Part shown: in pieces, positions 1 to 12,035 of the stretch | Numbering within the stretch: the first letter of the stretch is position 1 | Layout of the letters: every line of letters begins with the position of its first letter | NCBI RefSeq assembly: GCF_963921235.1 | Contig: NC_086108.1 | Location: 61,568,001-61,632,000, forward strand | Direction of reading: 5' to 3' | Source of the DNA: Mobula hypostoma | Taxonomy: Eukaryota | DNA length: 64,000 bases | Notes under the pieces: generated by a model | Database searches by the model: none | Told to the model about the DNA's origin: nothing | What the model saw: the letters and a program-made list of their open reading frames with translations, nothing else | Made by a program: the position numbers and the translations under genes

Positions 1-394
1 TTTACTCTTTGGAGAGAAGCAGGATGAGAGAAGACATGATAGAGGTATACAAGATATTAAGAGGAATAGATAGAGTAGATAGCCAGTGCCTCTTCCCCAG
101 TGTACCACTGCTCAATACAAGAGGACATGGCTTTAAGGTAAGGGGTGGGAAGTTCAAGGGGGATATTAGAGGAAGGTTTTTTACTCAGCGAGTGGTTGGT
201 GCATGGAGTGCACTGCCTGAGTCAGTGGTGGGGGCAGATACACTAGTGAAATTTAAGGGACTACTAGACAGGTATATGGAGGAATTTAAGGTGGGGGGTT
301 ATATGGGAGGCAGGGTTTAGGGTTGGCACAACATTGTGGGCCGAATGGCCTGTACTGTGCTGTACTGTTCTATGATCTATGTTCTATGTTCTAT
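1..394 (+). mobile_element. CR1 LINE 3' end (ORF2 C-terminus, 3' UTR, TATGTTC-type tail)
   Basis: ORF 9-320 has the CR1 C-terminal signature (MIEVYKIL, TRGHGFKV, FFTQRVVGAW); tail ctgttctatgatctatgttctatgttctat. Confidence 0.9.
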
Positions 395-624
395 ATCAAC
401 TTGATGCTTTCATCAAAATCTTATCACCAGAGCAAATCTAGCCTCACCCAATCAGAGATACTTCTTTTATTCTGTCTATTCCTCCCGCAAGCTCTCCACA
501 ACTTAAAGCTTACTTGCTTCCTTCTTTCCCAGTTTTAATGAGTGATCTTTGAGCTGAAATATAAAATGTATTTCTCTCTCCACAGACGCTGCCTGGCTTG
601 CTGAGTGTTCCCAGCACCTTTTGG

Positions 625-990
625 TGTTCATTTACTCTTAGTTCTATACTCTTCTGCAAGGAGAACATCCTCTCTGCATCTGCACATCGAGACACCTCAG
701 GATTTTGTATTTCAATCTAGTCAGCTTTCACTCTTCCAGTCTCCATCAGAACCAAATCATGTCTTTCTGACATTTCTTCATAAGATTGGAATTGCCTTTT
801 CCCAGTAAACGTTTCTGTACTTCCTAAAATAAGGAGATCAATACTGTACACTTTTCTGCAATATTCTATATTTCAGAAGCATAAAGTCTTTCCTTTTTTA
901 TTCAATTCCCATAGCAATAAACATTTACATTCTGTTTCCTTTCCTACTGATCCGGTGAACCTGGTTGCTAGCTTTTAGTGAATCCTGCAG
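625..990 (-). mobile_element. Highly decayed CR1 fragment
   Basis: Antisense CR1-like phrases (gagaacatcctctctgcatc; cttcctaaaataaggagatcaatactgtacac). Confidence 0.5.
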
Positions 991-1699
991 TCGGAAAAGG
1001 CACTGCATCACAGTGCCAGTCCTGCAGCTTGTCTGAAGCCACCATGAGGCCACACTACTAAGACCTCATTTTTTAAGTGACAAAGAGCAACCTTTCTTTC
1101 ATGCTTCGCCAAAGGTCACTCCAACAAATGTATTCAACATTCATCTCCACTCCACAAATGAATGGTGATCCCTTCAGATAAAGCTAATTCCTGGCTTATC
1201 CTTGCAGTGCAGCTTCGAATTCCTCTATATGGTCCATTCCAATGTGTTGATTTGAGACACACAAATGAATTTCACAGGGGCAATATTAGTTAAGCACTGA
1301 GGTTAGCTCTATGTGAACCGAATGCTTCATACAGATGTGTGCTCTGTACATTAAAACAATGCAACTGGAAGTCACTTGTTATGTTATAGGCCCCAATCAC
1401 ATTTAATTATGAATTTTTTTTTTGCTATAATGCAGTCCCATAGTCCAAGAGTGAACACTCACTTGACTATAAATCATTGAATTATTTGAAATAAATTCTG
1501 TAATATATGAGAGAACATGCTCACTTTAAAATATTTTACAAAAACAGGTAAAAATTTACTGGTCTAAATGAAGGTTATTGGTATGTTGCATTTTAAGTTT
1601 TGATCAGCATTTACTGACCCAATTTGTTATATACTAGAAATGACTGTCCAAAAATGTGCCAGGATACACTGTATATTGCAAAATCATTGATAAGTTCGA

Positions 1700-2290
1700 T
1701 TTTTATTTATTTCAAAACGCAAGCCAAGTTCGACAATTACTAAAATGTTCTTCAGCTTGAGGGATTGCCAGAATGGACAATGGGTCCATTTCAAGGGGAA
1801 TTATGCAAGTTCAAATTTACTTCAATACTAATCAACTCCTCCTATTCCTCCAGCTATCTTCTACAGATTGTATACCCAGCTTTTTCCACAATTCGACTGT
1901 AGCTAATATTAATATACTATACGAACAGGGAACTGGATGAACCTCTTGGAAGAAATCTCTCCGGTCCCCTTGCCCAACACATTTATATCCTCAAGGATAA
2001 TTGGAAATGGGATTAGATGAACAATTTAGAGATATCTATTTTTCCGCTGGAAGTGCAAGAGAGGTATCAATTTCACTCATCAGCCAAACATGACACTGTG
2101 GACACACATCTTAAGAATTCTTCTGATATAGTAAATTACCAGATTACGGGCAATAAGATAAAGGACTTGGTTAATCTAACAGGGTCATATATTGGTTTCA
2201 CTCATATCTAGATAACAAACATCAAAGGGACACATTGGACAACACATTCCCTGGCTTAAATCCAGTCAAAATAGGCAAGTCTCAAGGGTC
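1700..2290 (-). mobile_element. Possible decayed L1-type ORF2 remnant
   Basis: Composition and phrases resemble the L1 ORF2 3' region antisense; no clean motif recovered. Confidence 0.3.
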
Positions 2291-3421
2291 TGCTTTTGCT
2301 TCCCTACCTTTCTTTGTAATTTTTAATTACTTTTCACAGGTGGTTTCGTACTTCAAAGTCTGATTTCATGCTGCGGATAGTCCCACAGAGCCTTCTCAAA
2401 TTTGATAAATTAACTGCTTTAAGGGTAAAATTATAGTATTTCACAGATTCACCAATAGCCAATTTTGTCTACTTGAAATCAACGTTAGAAGCCCTTTTAG
2501 TGCTGTGTGAAAGAACAACCCTGAGTCATTGATGTTTGAAGCAATAACCCAAAGATAATTAACTCTTTCAATTATCTGCCTGTCATCATCTATTGCAATA
2601 TTTGCAGAGTTACATTAATTTGCTCCTCTTTCAATTTCTGTCTTCTGAGGCACTGATTCAGTTCATAAGTGCCACTTACTTCCAATCAGTCAGCTTTCCT
2701 CTTGTTTGAGCTTAGATACTGAAAACTAGCAAATTACTCAGTGCTGTGCGCCACTCCGTTTATTCCTTGTGCCTAAGCAGGCACACTTTCAAAAACGACA
2801 TTAGAAATGAAAAATCTGTCCAACATTCCCATAGCTCTAGCTACTGTTACAGAAATACCAAATGCAATTAAAAAATAGGTGCCATCCATCAGCTTGGATC
2901 AGATCACAATGAAGCTAAATGCATTGTTGGAATAATATCACTGATTTTGTTCTTTCATATAAATGATACTATAAGCCTACGTTAATCAGAGGAATGGAAA
3001 GCAGAATTAGAATTATATATAGAAAGTACCAAGTACGATAGATGCTTTCAATACTCGGTTTGGTGAAAGCAGCGAACCACAAAAACTGAACAGCGGGTAA
3101 ACAATTAGATCACTAATATTAAATAATAAAATTAATGAAGATGACATGAAAGTTTAGGCATTTTATAATGTGATTCGATTAAAGCTCCCTTATCCATTTT
3201 ACTGTCTTCCTCTCTTCATGATGCTGACTCACACTGGACATTGTTTTGCAGTTGCTGGCAGCTGTCTAATAATTTTTTTTCCCACATATTCTTCTTTGCT
3301 CCCTCTTCCCAACCTTGCACAGAAAATAATCTTCTCTTCCAGACTTCCTTGCCCCATTAACTACAAAATAGCTTCTCAAGGCTGTTGCATCATCAAGGTT
3401 TCTCAACCTATGACCACCTCA

Positions 3422-3790
3422 CATAGTCATTGAAGAGTACAGAGCAGAAACATGCCCTTTGGCCCATCTAGTCCATGCTGATCCATTTAAATTGCCTAGT
3501 CCCACTAATCTGCACCCAGACCATAGCCCTCCACATCCCTATTATCCATATACCTATCAAAATTTCTCTTAGAAGTTGAAGTCGAGCTCACATTCACCAC
3601 TTGTGCTGGCAGCTCATTCCACACTCTCACAACATTCTGAGTGAACAGGTTTCCTCTCATGTTCCTCTTAAACTTTTCACCATTCATCCTCAGTGTGAAA
3701 AGCCTGCTTGCATTTACCCTACCTATACCCCTCATTACTTTGTACACCTCTATCAAATCTCCCCTCAATCTTCATGTTCTATGAAGAATT
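3422..3790 (-). mobile_element. CR1 LINE 3' end
   Basis: ORF 3505-3768 MRGDLIEVYKVMRG...FTQNVVRVWNELP. Confidence 0.9.
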
Positions 3791-3992
3791 CCAGCTGGAG
3801 ACTAATGTTAAAAAGTGCTTCAACCACTCATTCATTTGGTCAACAGAGAACCTAACTGAAAGAGACATCACTATCAAACTTTCTCTAACAAAGGGATTGC
3901 AATTGTTACCCTAGATGTGACCAGCCAACTCAGCCAAGAAATGTCTTCTAACTCAGAACCATTTGTAATGAATGACTTACTCTTGATGAATT

Positions 3993-4133
3993 ATAAACAC
4001 AAGAAAATCTGCAGATACTGCAAACCCAAAGCGACATACACAAAATGCTGGAGCAACTCAGCAAGTCAGGCAGCTTCTATGGAAATGCATAGATAGTCGA
4101 TGTCTCGGTCCGAGACCCTTCTTCAGGACTCAT
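3993..4133 (-). mobile_element. Solo Penelope-like pLTR 3' fragment with decayed hammerhead motif
   Basis: Reverse strand reads gagtc CTGAAGA agggtctcggacc GAGA catc gact followed by the family 3' tail. Confidence 0.75.
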
Positions 4134-4484
4134 TGAGAGTGAATTAGACTTACTGAGCATTAAGGAGACCCTAGAGCAAAATAGCAGTTGCTGATTCAAC
4201 ATTAAGCAGTCAAGATCCAAGGTAAAGGAATGTAATGGAAGGGATGGAAATTGTAAGTTAAGGCAGCAGAGGGAAGTGCTGATAAATAGTTGCCTGAAGT
4301 GAGGGTAGTAAAGTTGGAGAGAGAAATTATCAACATATCACCTGTGGAACCAGAGGAGCTAACACATTTAACCACTGTCATACCGCCATCAAGAATGCTT
4401 ACTGTGTCATCCCAAGCCCACACTTTGGAAAGTCTAATCACCTGGCTGTATTTCTACTCCCAGACTACAAGCAGAGAGTAAAAA

Positions 4485-7400
4485 CTGCAGCACCAGTGGT
4501 GAAGACCTAGTACATATGGTCAAGGGAGGCAGAGAAGTACCTACAGGACTGCTTTGAGTTGGTTGACTGGACGATATTCAAGGGTTTGTTTTTGATTCTG
4601 AATAACTATGCCACAGTTATCACCAACTTCATCAAGACCTGTCTGGATGAGTGTGTGCCTTCGAGAACATAGTGGATATACCCAAACCAAAAGCCACTGA
4701 TAAGCCACTGATGAACCACAAGATATGTAGTCTGCTGAGGGCTAGGCCTGTGGCATTCAAGACTGGTGTTCCAGAACCATACAAGAAGTCCAAGTATGAC
4801 TAACTGAAGGACATTTTAAGAGTGGAATAAATAATTCCAATTGAAGTTAGAGATGGAATCAGATATAAATCAGCTCTGTCAGGGTTTGCAGGCCATTATT
4901 TCCTATAAAACAAAACCTAACATCGTAAGTGGCTGTGATGTTTCTCTTCCAGGTGAGGTCAACACCTTTTTAACATGCCTTGAAAAGGAGAATAAAACTA
5001 GACCTGTGCAAATCCTTGCTGCATCTGGTGACTCGATCTCTAACTCCAAGGCTGAAGTCAGAACATATTTCAAGAGGGTGAACCCTCGCAAGGTATCAGG
5101 CTCTGATGGTGTACCAGGTAGGGCATTAAAAACCTGTGCCAACCAACTGATGGGAGTGTTCAATGAGATCCTCAATCTCTCACTGCTGCCGTCAGAGTTT
5201 TCCACCTGTCTCAAAGGGGAAACAATCATTCCAGTACCCAAGAAGAGAAGTGTGAGCTGTCTCAATGACTGTCACCCAGTTGTAATCACATCTTCTGTGA
5301 AAAAGTGCTCTAAGAAGTTGCTCATGGCCAGAATCAGCTTATGCCTAAGCAAGTACCTAGACCTGCTGTAATTTGTCTATCACCACCATAAGTTTACAGC
5401 AGATGCAACCTCACTGGCTCTCCACTTGGCCATGGATCACCTGGAAAATAGTACACCTACATCAGGCTGCTGTTTATCAATTACAGCTCATCATTCAACA
5501 CAGTCATACCCTCAGTTCTAATCAACAATCCCCAAAATGTGGGCCTCTATACCTCCCTCTGCAACTGGATCCTTGACTTCCTCACTAGGAGGCCACATTC
5601 TGTGCAGATCAGAAATAAATCTCCTCCTTTCAGACAATCAACACTGGTGCACATCAAGGATGCATGCTTAACCCACTGTTCTACTCTCTCTACACCCACT
5701 ACTGTGTGACTAGGCACAGCTCAAACTCGATCTATAAATTTGCCAATGACACAAATACCGTTGGCAGAAATTGAAAGGGTGACAAGGAGGCATACAGGAG
5801 TGAGATACATCTTCTTTCTAGTAATAACCATCTCAATTACTTTTTTAAAAAATCAATTTTGGATAAGGCCTTTTTAACTTGGAAAACTAAGGGAATAATA
5901 ACTTCTTCAGATTTGTTTTTAGGGGACTGTTTAATGTCTTTTTCTCAGTTGGTGGATAAATATGATTTATCTAATGTACACTTTTTTAGATATTTACAAA
6001 TTAGGAATTTTTTACGTGGTTTGTCGCCAAATTACCCTTCTGCTTCTCGACCTAATGTGACAGATGCTCTCTTTCAGTTTAAACCATTTCAAAAAGGGTT
6101 GATAGCTATAATTTATAAAAGGTTATTGAACTCACGAACGATATCTAATGATAAAATTAAACGTGCTTGGGAATCGGAATTTCAAGAGTCATTTTCAGAT
6201 AATCAATGGAGTAAAATTTTTCATTTGGTTAATAACTCACCTATCTGTGCCCATTATTCCTTGATACAGTTCAAGGTAGTGCATCAGGCCAATATGTCAA
6301 GGGATAAACTAGGGCGTATTTTTTCCAATATCAATCCTATTTGTGACAGATGTAATATTGAGGTGGCCACTTTAACTCATATGTTTTGGTCTTGTATAAA
6401 GCTAGATAACTTTTGGAGAGAGGTTTTTAAAATGCTAACAAAAGTCTTGAATCTGGACCTACAACCTGATTTGCTTACGGCAATTTTTGGGATTATCCTA
6501 TTGGAAGCAGGAAATATTCCTGTTTCGGCTCAACGTATGATAGCCTTTTTGACTTTATTGGCTAGGAGAGCCATTTTACTGAAGTGGAAGGATTCTAATC
6601 CACGTACGATCTTTTATTGGCTCTCTTCCATTATGTCCTGTTTAAGCTTAGAGAAAATAAGAAGTCAGACACTTGATACAGCCTTTAAATTTGAGCAAAT
6701 CTGACAACCTTTTATCCAATATTTTCATTTAAAATAATTTATTACTCTTCCAATTTTTTTTTCCGAAGTTTTAGATTTGATCAGAAAGTCTTTCTTTTTT
6801 TTTTGGTTGTATCCTCAAAATGGACTGCCCAGTCCCTTTTTTTTGTGTGTTTCTTTTTTTTATATAGTGTAGTGGTTTCTTTTTCTTCACTTAAAATTCA
6901 ATGTTTTTTCCTTCCTTTTTATGAACTGATAAGAGGAGAATCGCTGGGTTCTTTTTTTTTATTATATATTTTACACTAGATTAACAATATGTATGATTTT
7001 GATAATGTCTATCTTAATCTCGGTTTGTATTGTTATTTATATATATATATTTGAGATAATTCTCCTCTTGTTTGTACTTATGCTTCTTTTAAATCAATAA
7101 AAAGACTAATAAAGAAAGAAAGAAATGAGATACATCAGCTGGTTGAGTGGTGTCGCAGCACCAACCTTGCACTCAATGTTAGTAAGACCAAGGAATTGAT
7201 TGTGGACTTCCAGAAGGGAAACTCAAGGGAACACACACCTGTCCTCATTGAGGGGTCAGCAGTGCAAAGGGTAAGCAGTTTCAAGTTCCTGGGTGTCAAC
7301 ACCTCTGATGATCTATTTTAGTCCTGACATACTGATGCAATTACAAAGAAGGCACGACATGTTTAATTATGAGTTTGTGAGGATTCTTGCAAATTTCTGC

Positions 7401-7830
7401 AGGTGTACATGGAGAGCATTCTAACAAGTTGCGTCAACTTCTGGTATGGAGGCTCCAGTGCACAGGATCAGAAAAAGCTGCAGGAAGTTGTGAACTCAGC
7501 CGGTTCTGCCATGGGCCTCAGCCTCCCCAGCATTGAGGACGCCTTGACAAGGCGATGCCTCAAGAATGCAGCATCCATCATTAAGGACCCTGGACATGCC
7601 CTCTTCTCATCGTTACCACCAAGGAGGAGGTACGGGATCCTCAGGGCACATACTCACTGTTTTGGGAACAGCTTCTTCCACCACCCCCGCCCCACAACCT
7701 TTAGATTTCTGGATGGACAACAAACCTATGAACACAACCTCACTATTTATTATTTCATTTTTTTGCTCTCTTTTTTCGCTACTTATTTAACATATGTGTT
7801 TCTACACACATATGTTAAATAATTGTGATA
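4485..7830 (+). mobile_element. Rex1/Babar-type LINE (decayed RT), interrupted by an L1
   Basis: ORF 4841-5371 with VNPRKVSGSDG and LNDCHPVVITS; later GA.QGCML.PL and KFANDT-like motifs; ORF 7403-7822 ESILTSCVNFWYG; tail aaacctgattctgatt. Confidence 0.85.
5812..7125 (+). mobile_element. 5'-truncated L1 LINE (ORF2 C-terminal zinc knuckle, 3' UTR, AAAG tail)
   Basis: Open 281-aa frame 5859-6704 with CDRC...THMFWSC; aataaa then (aaag)n; 11-bp TSD tgagatacatc at 5801-5811 and 7126-7136. Confidence 0.92.
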
Positions 7831-8103
7831 TTAAACCTGATTCTGATTAACTTGTCACCATAACTCATTGGAAACATGCCTTGCAACTTGGTAAACAAGG
7901 ATTATTTTTATTATCACTCAGGTTATGAGAAGAGTTATGTTTTAAAAAAGGTTAAACTTAATGACATAACTATTACTAAAAAGCTTAATTGTGACATTTT
8001 TCATTTTATCAGCTGCCTTTCAACATAATTTGTGAGTAGATTATAGTGTCACCACTATCATTAAGAAAGGATATTTTCTAATTAAATACAGGTTTCTGTG
8101 TAA

Positions 8104-8240
8104 CACAAAATATTCTGCAGATGCTGAGGTCAAAGCAACACTCACAACAAGCTGGAGGAACTCAGCAGGTCGGCCCGAAACGTTGACTGATCGTTTCCAC
8201 GGATGCTGCCCGACTTGCTGAGTTCCTCCAGCGTGTTGTG
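8104..8240. mobile_element. Head-to-head Penelope pLTR mini-element
   Basis: Arms ctcacaacaagctggaggaactcagcaggtcgg / ccgacttgctgagttcctccagcgtgttgtgag; flanks aggtttctgTGtaa (8090-8103) and aggtttctgCAtaa (8241-8254). Confidence 0.8.
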
Positions 8241-8384
8241 AGGTTTCTGCATAAATTGTTTGATTTCAGTAGTTTTAACTTCTGATAATTCTATCATTAT
8301 TGTGATTTACTGTAAATCTATCAGTAAATCTCATCCCACTGAACAGATATAGACTTATGTCAACTATTTTAATTCATAACAGAA

Positions 8385-9343
8385 AGCATTTGGATAAATA
8401 CTACTGGATAGTCAAAGAATAGATATGAAGATTGCAAATTATATGAAGATCAGTAGTGTTATGGATTGGCATAGAAGATTAGCAACGAATACAGAGGGAT
8501 ATAAATCAGTTGCAGACGTAGGCAGAGAAAAGGCATATGGAGTTTAGCCTGTCAAAGTGTGAAGTCTTGCATCTTAGTAGGTCAAAAGTAAAGAAACAAT
8601 ACACTCTTAAGAGTTAGACTCTCATGAACAGAAGGATCTTGGGGTCCAAGTTCATAAACTCCCTGAAAGTGGTTATACATGTTGATGGGGTAGTTAAGAA
8701 GTCATATGGATTGACTGCCTTTATTGGTTGAAGCATTGAGTTTAAAGGTCAGGAAGTTATGTTGCAACTTTATAAAACTCTAGTTAGGCTGCTTCTGGAG
8801 AATTGCATACAGTTCTGATCACCCCATTATAGGAAGGCAGCTGAGGCTTTGGAGAAGTTGCAGAAGAGGTTTCCAAGGATGCTGCCTTGATTAGAAGGCA
8901 TGTGCTATAACCAGAGGTTGGACAAACTTGGGTTGTTTTCTCTGGAGCATCGGAGCCTGAGAGGAGATCTGACAGAGGTATTTAAGATTATGAGAAGCAT
9001 AGAAAGATATAGATGGTATCTTTTACCCAGGTTTGAAATATCTAATACCTGAGAGCATGCATTTTATTTGAGAGGGGTTAAGTTCAAAGGAGATGTGAAG
9101 GGCAGTTTTTTTTTTGAAAAATAGACAGTAGTGGATGTTTGGAATGCATTGCCTGGAGTAGAAGCAGATACATAAGAAATGTTTAAGAGATGTTTATATA
9201 GGCACGTGATTGTGAGGGATATAGACATTATTTAGGTAGAAGGGATTAATTTCATTGGCCAGTTGATTACTAATTTAATTGGTTTGGCACAATATTGTGG
9301 GCTGAAGATCCTTTTCCTGTGCTGTACTGTTTTATGTTCTATG
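8385..9343 (+). mobile_element. Decayed CR1 LINE 3' portion
   Basis: Collinear with the CR1 at 21.6-23.4 kb; tail gtactgttttatgttctatg. Confidence 0.85.
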
Positions 9344-11476
9344 ACAGCTGTGGAATATTCATTTGATTGCTCAAATCTGCATTGAGAACAAAAAGTCCAA
9401 TCCAACAACAAACGGTATCATACCATGATGACTTGTACATTTGCTAATCTACTGTGACTCACAAATAGCTTTTAATCTGTGGTTTGAAAAATGCAGCTTC
9501 TTTTTGATGGGACTTGTTTAATTTATCTGCTATATTTAACAAGAAAACTTCTACTCCCAGTCATATTTAAAGTCTGCCCCTATAGCGACTGTATTGTAAT
9601 TTTGTGTAAGCTGTACAAAATTTAAAATATGAATAAAATGTCATTCTAAAATAGGACCAATTCAATCAATGGCTCTTTATTGTTGCCAGGTTATTCTGGA
9701 AATACCTCTTTCCAAGTGGAGTGGAATCTCAATAACCATGATAACCATCTTCATAGTTCTATTATACGGATGGATCATATTTCCAATTAGCAAAAAAAAG
9801 ACCTTCTTCATATTATGTATAAGAAATAATCATATTTGGAAAATTACCATTCTAAGATTAACTCCAGGCCAGGCAAGAAAAGGAGCAATAATAATTTCTC
9901 TCTCTGACAACCATCACATTTCTTCAGTTAAATCATTCTGAGCAGCATTGCCTTAATCCAAGTCCTGGTGGATACAAGTCAGCAACATACATTCGGTTAA
10001 ATGGAATAGGATATGATGCCAATGGGACAGCAGTACAAAATAGCTGTAAGTAAGCTGGAAATGAATAGATTATTATTTTGTCAGAAGCAAGGCATACAAG
10101 AACTTATACATACTAATTTCCAGCTGAAGCCTAGTAACGGTGCAACAAAATGTAAGAATGTTTAGCAACAGGAAAAGCCCATTAAGCAGAAAAGGGCTCT
10201 TTTTTTGTTTTTATAAATGCTTAAACAACCTATCCTTATTGCTCATTGTCTTCTCTAATCTAATTGCCTCTTTGACCTGTTTAAGCAGACTTCCCTTGTA
10301 ATTCAGTTAGCAAGTCTTTAATGTTGACCTTGATTTTACACAATCATGTAAAGTGTTTGGCAACAAACTGACACTAAGGCTTATGTCTTTTTTGCTGATC
10401 ATTACTATTTAAGTCATCTGCAATAAAAATCAGTAATGAGGCACTTCAGACTCCTAACTGGTGCTATACTTTTACATAATCCCCCACTGAATTTAGATCT
10501 GATTCTCTTGCCTAGAAATTGGATTGAGCTATATAATAGTCACTCTGAAGAAAATCAGGTCTCCAGCAAAAAAAGTGTGACCAAAACTCATGTTGAACTG
10601 TGATTAGGGTGGTTTTTATTCAGAAACAAGTTCTAAAAAGGGGGATCAAAACACACTTTGGCGGCTATGAACAAAGAAGAAGATTGCAGAGAGGAGAAAA
10701 GAAGAACAACATCAACAATCACACAAAGACCTGGTCAATGAAACATGGAGTAAGAAAGGACCAGTGTGATGGAGTAGGGGGTGGTCCAGCAGCCAGGCAT
10801 AAGGTGATCTTTTCCAGCAGTGCAGATCCCCACACGATGCAGCAATTCTGGAAGAAATGCCACGATCACACAAGAAATGTCATGGTGATCTACACACTGC
10901 TGTTTATACCTACAGAATGGAGGTTCTCACAAAAAAATATGTTTTTATATGGATTTTTGAGTTAAATGAGGTATCTCTTCAGGAAATACAGAAATGTTGC
11001 CAGCCATTTATTGTAAGTGAAATGGTGGTTTACTCATTCATCTGTATTGTTCATTGCAGGCAGTCCTTTACAATAGGAGGCAAAGGGATTTTGTGTGTTA
11101 TCTAGCTACTCATGGCTAGTGGCACCTTATGCTGATATTGAGCATTGAAGGAGGAAGAAGATCACCTGGGGTGCAAAAGGGAATTTTATCTTGTTGTTTC
11201 CTTACAAAAATCCTCTCTCAGTCAGGGAGCCTCTTATATCCCTTATGGATGATGCTTGCCTCCTCTGCTCAACTGGAAGAAATAGATAAAACATCCCTTA
11301 CTAGTCTTCCATTTCATCCTGTTTCCACCGCTTTTCAGAATCATGGACCACGGGCTCTGTTTTCTTGATGCTGTTCCTTTGGAACCTGTTGTTGTCCACA
11401 GTTTAGGGGAGAGCTGCATGTTGCAGGCATTAATGAAATCTCCACATTGACTTGGCATGTATTGCAAGGTATATCC

Positions 11477-11660
11477 TGTAATGTATAGATCTAATTCCTT
11501 TAGAGCAATGCTACCCCCCCCCCTTAGTATTATGTATTGATCTGATATCTGTGCATGCACATTGTTCTCTCTCTCATGCTGCATTGTGAATACTCCAGTT
11601 AAAGCCATCTCCTGCATGCGTGCCTTTATTTAATATACATGTACTTGTACAGACACAACA
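11477..11660 (+). repeat. Gypsy 5' LTR
   Basis: tgtaatgtatagatcta...cagacacaaca; direct repeat of 15144-15325. Confidence 0.9.
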
Positions 11661-11999
11661 AATTGGCGATAAGTACAAACCTGAATGTCAGGAAATATCA
11701 CTAACTTTACCAGCAGTTATGGGACAAAACAGTGAGAGTTAAACAGCATAGGAATGCTGAAGAACCCGTGAGTAACAGTGAAAGATGTGCTGAATTTAAA
11801 GCAAAAATAATGTGATGATGGCTTCATTCGGGGAAGTAGACGAATTTGATAGCACTAATGAAGGCTGGGAGTCTTTTATTGAGAGGGTTGAACTGTATTG
11901 TAACACGAACAACGTGGAGGAGCAAAAGAAAGCTCCTACACTTCCTAGCTTAATGTGTGCAAGAACATACAATCTCTTGCCCGACCTAGTAACTTCGTG

Positions 12000-12035
12000 A
12001 GTCCTGACGAAGGGTCTCGGCCTGAAACGTCGACT
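12000..12035 (+). ncRNA. Minimal type I hammerhead ribozyme motif (Penelope pLTR)
   Basis: agtc-CTGACGA-agg gtctcgg cct-GAAA-cGTC-gact: stem I agtc/gact, stem II agg/cct, palindromic ACGT helix III, predicted cut after C12031. Confidence 0.8.

Noticed and set aside
4701..4722. aagccactgat tandem duplication
   Set aside because: Ordinary 11-bp slippage inside a LINE
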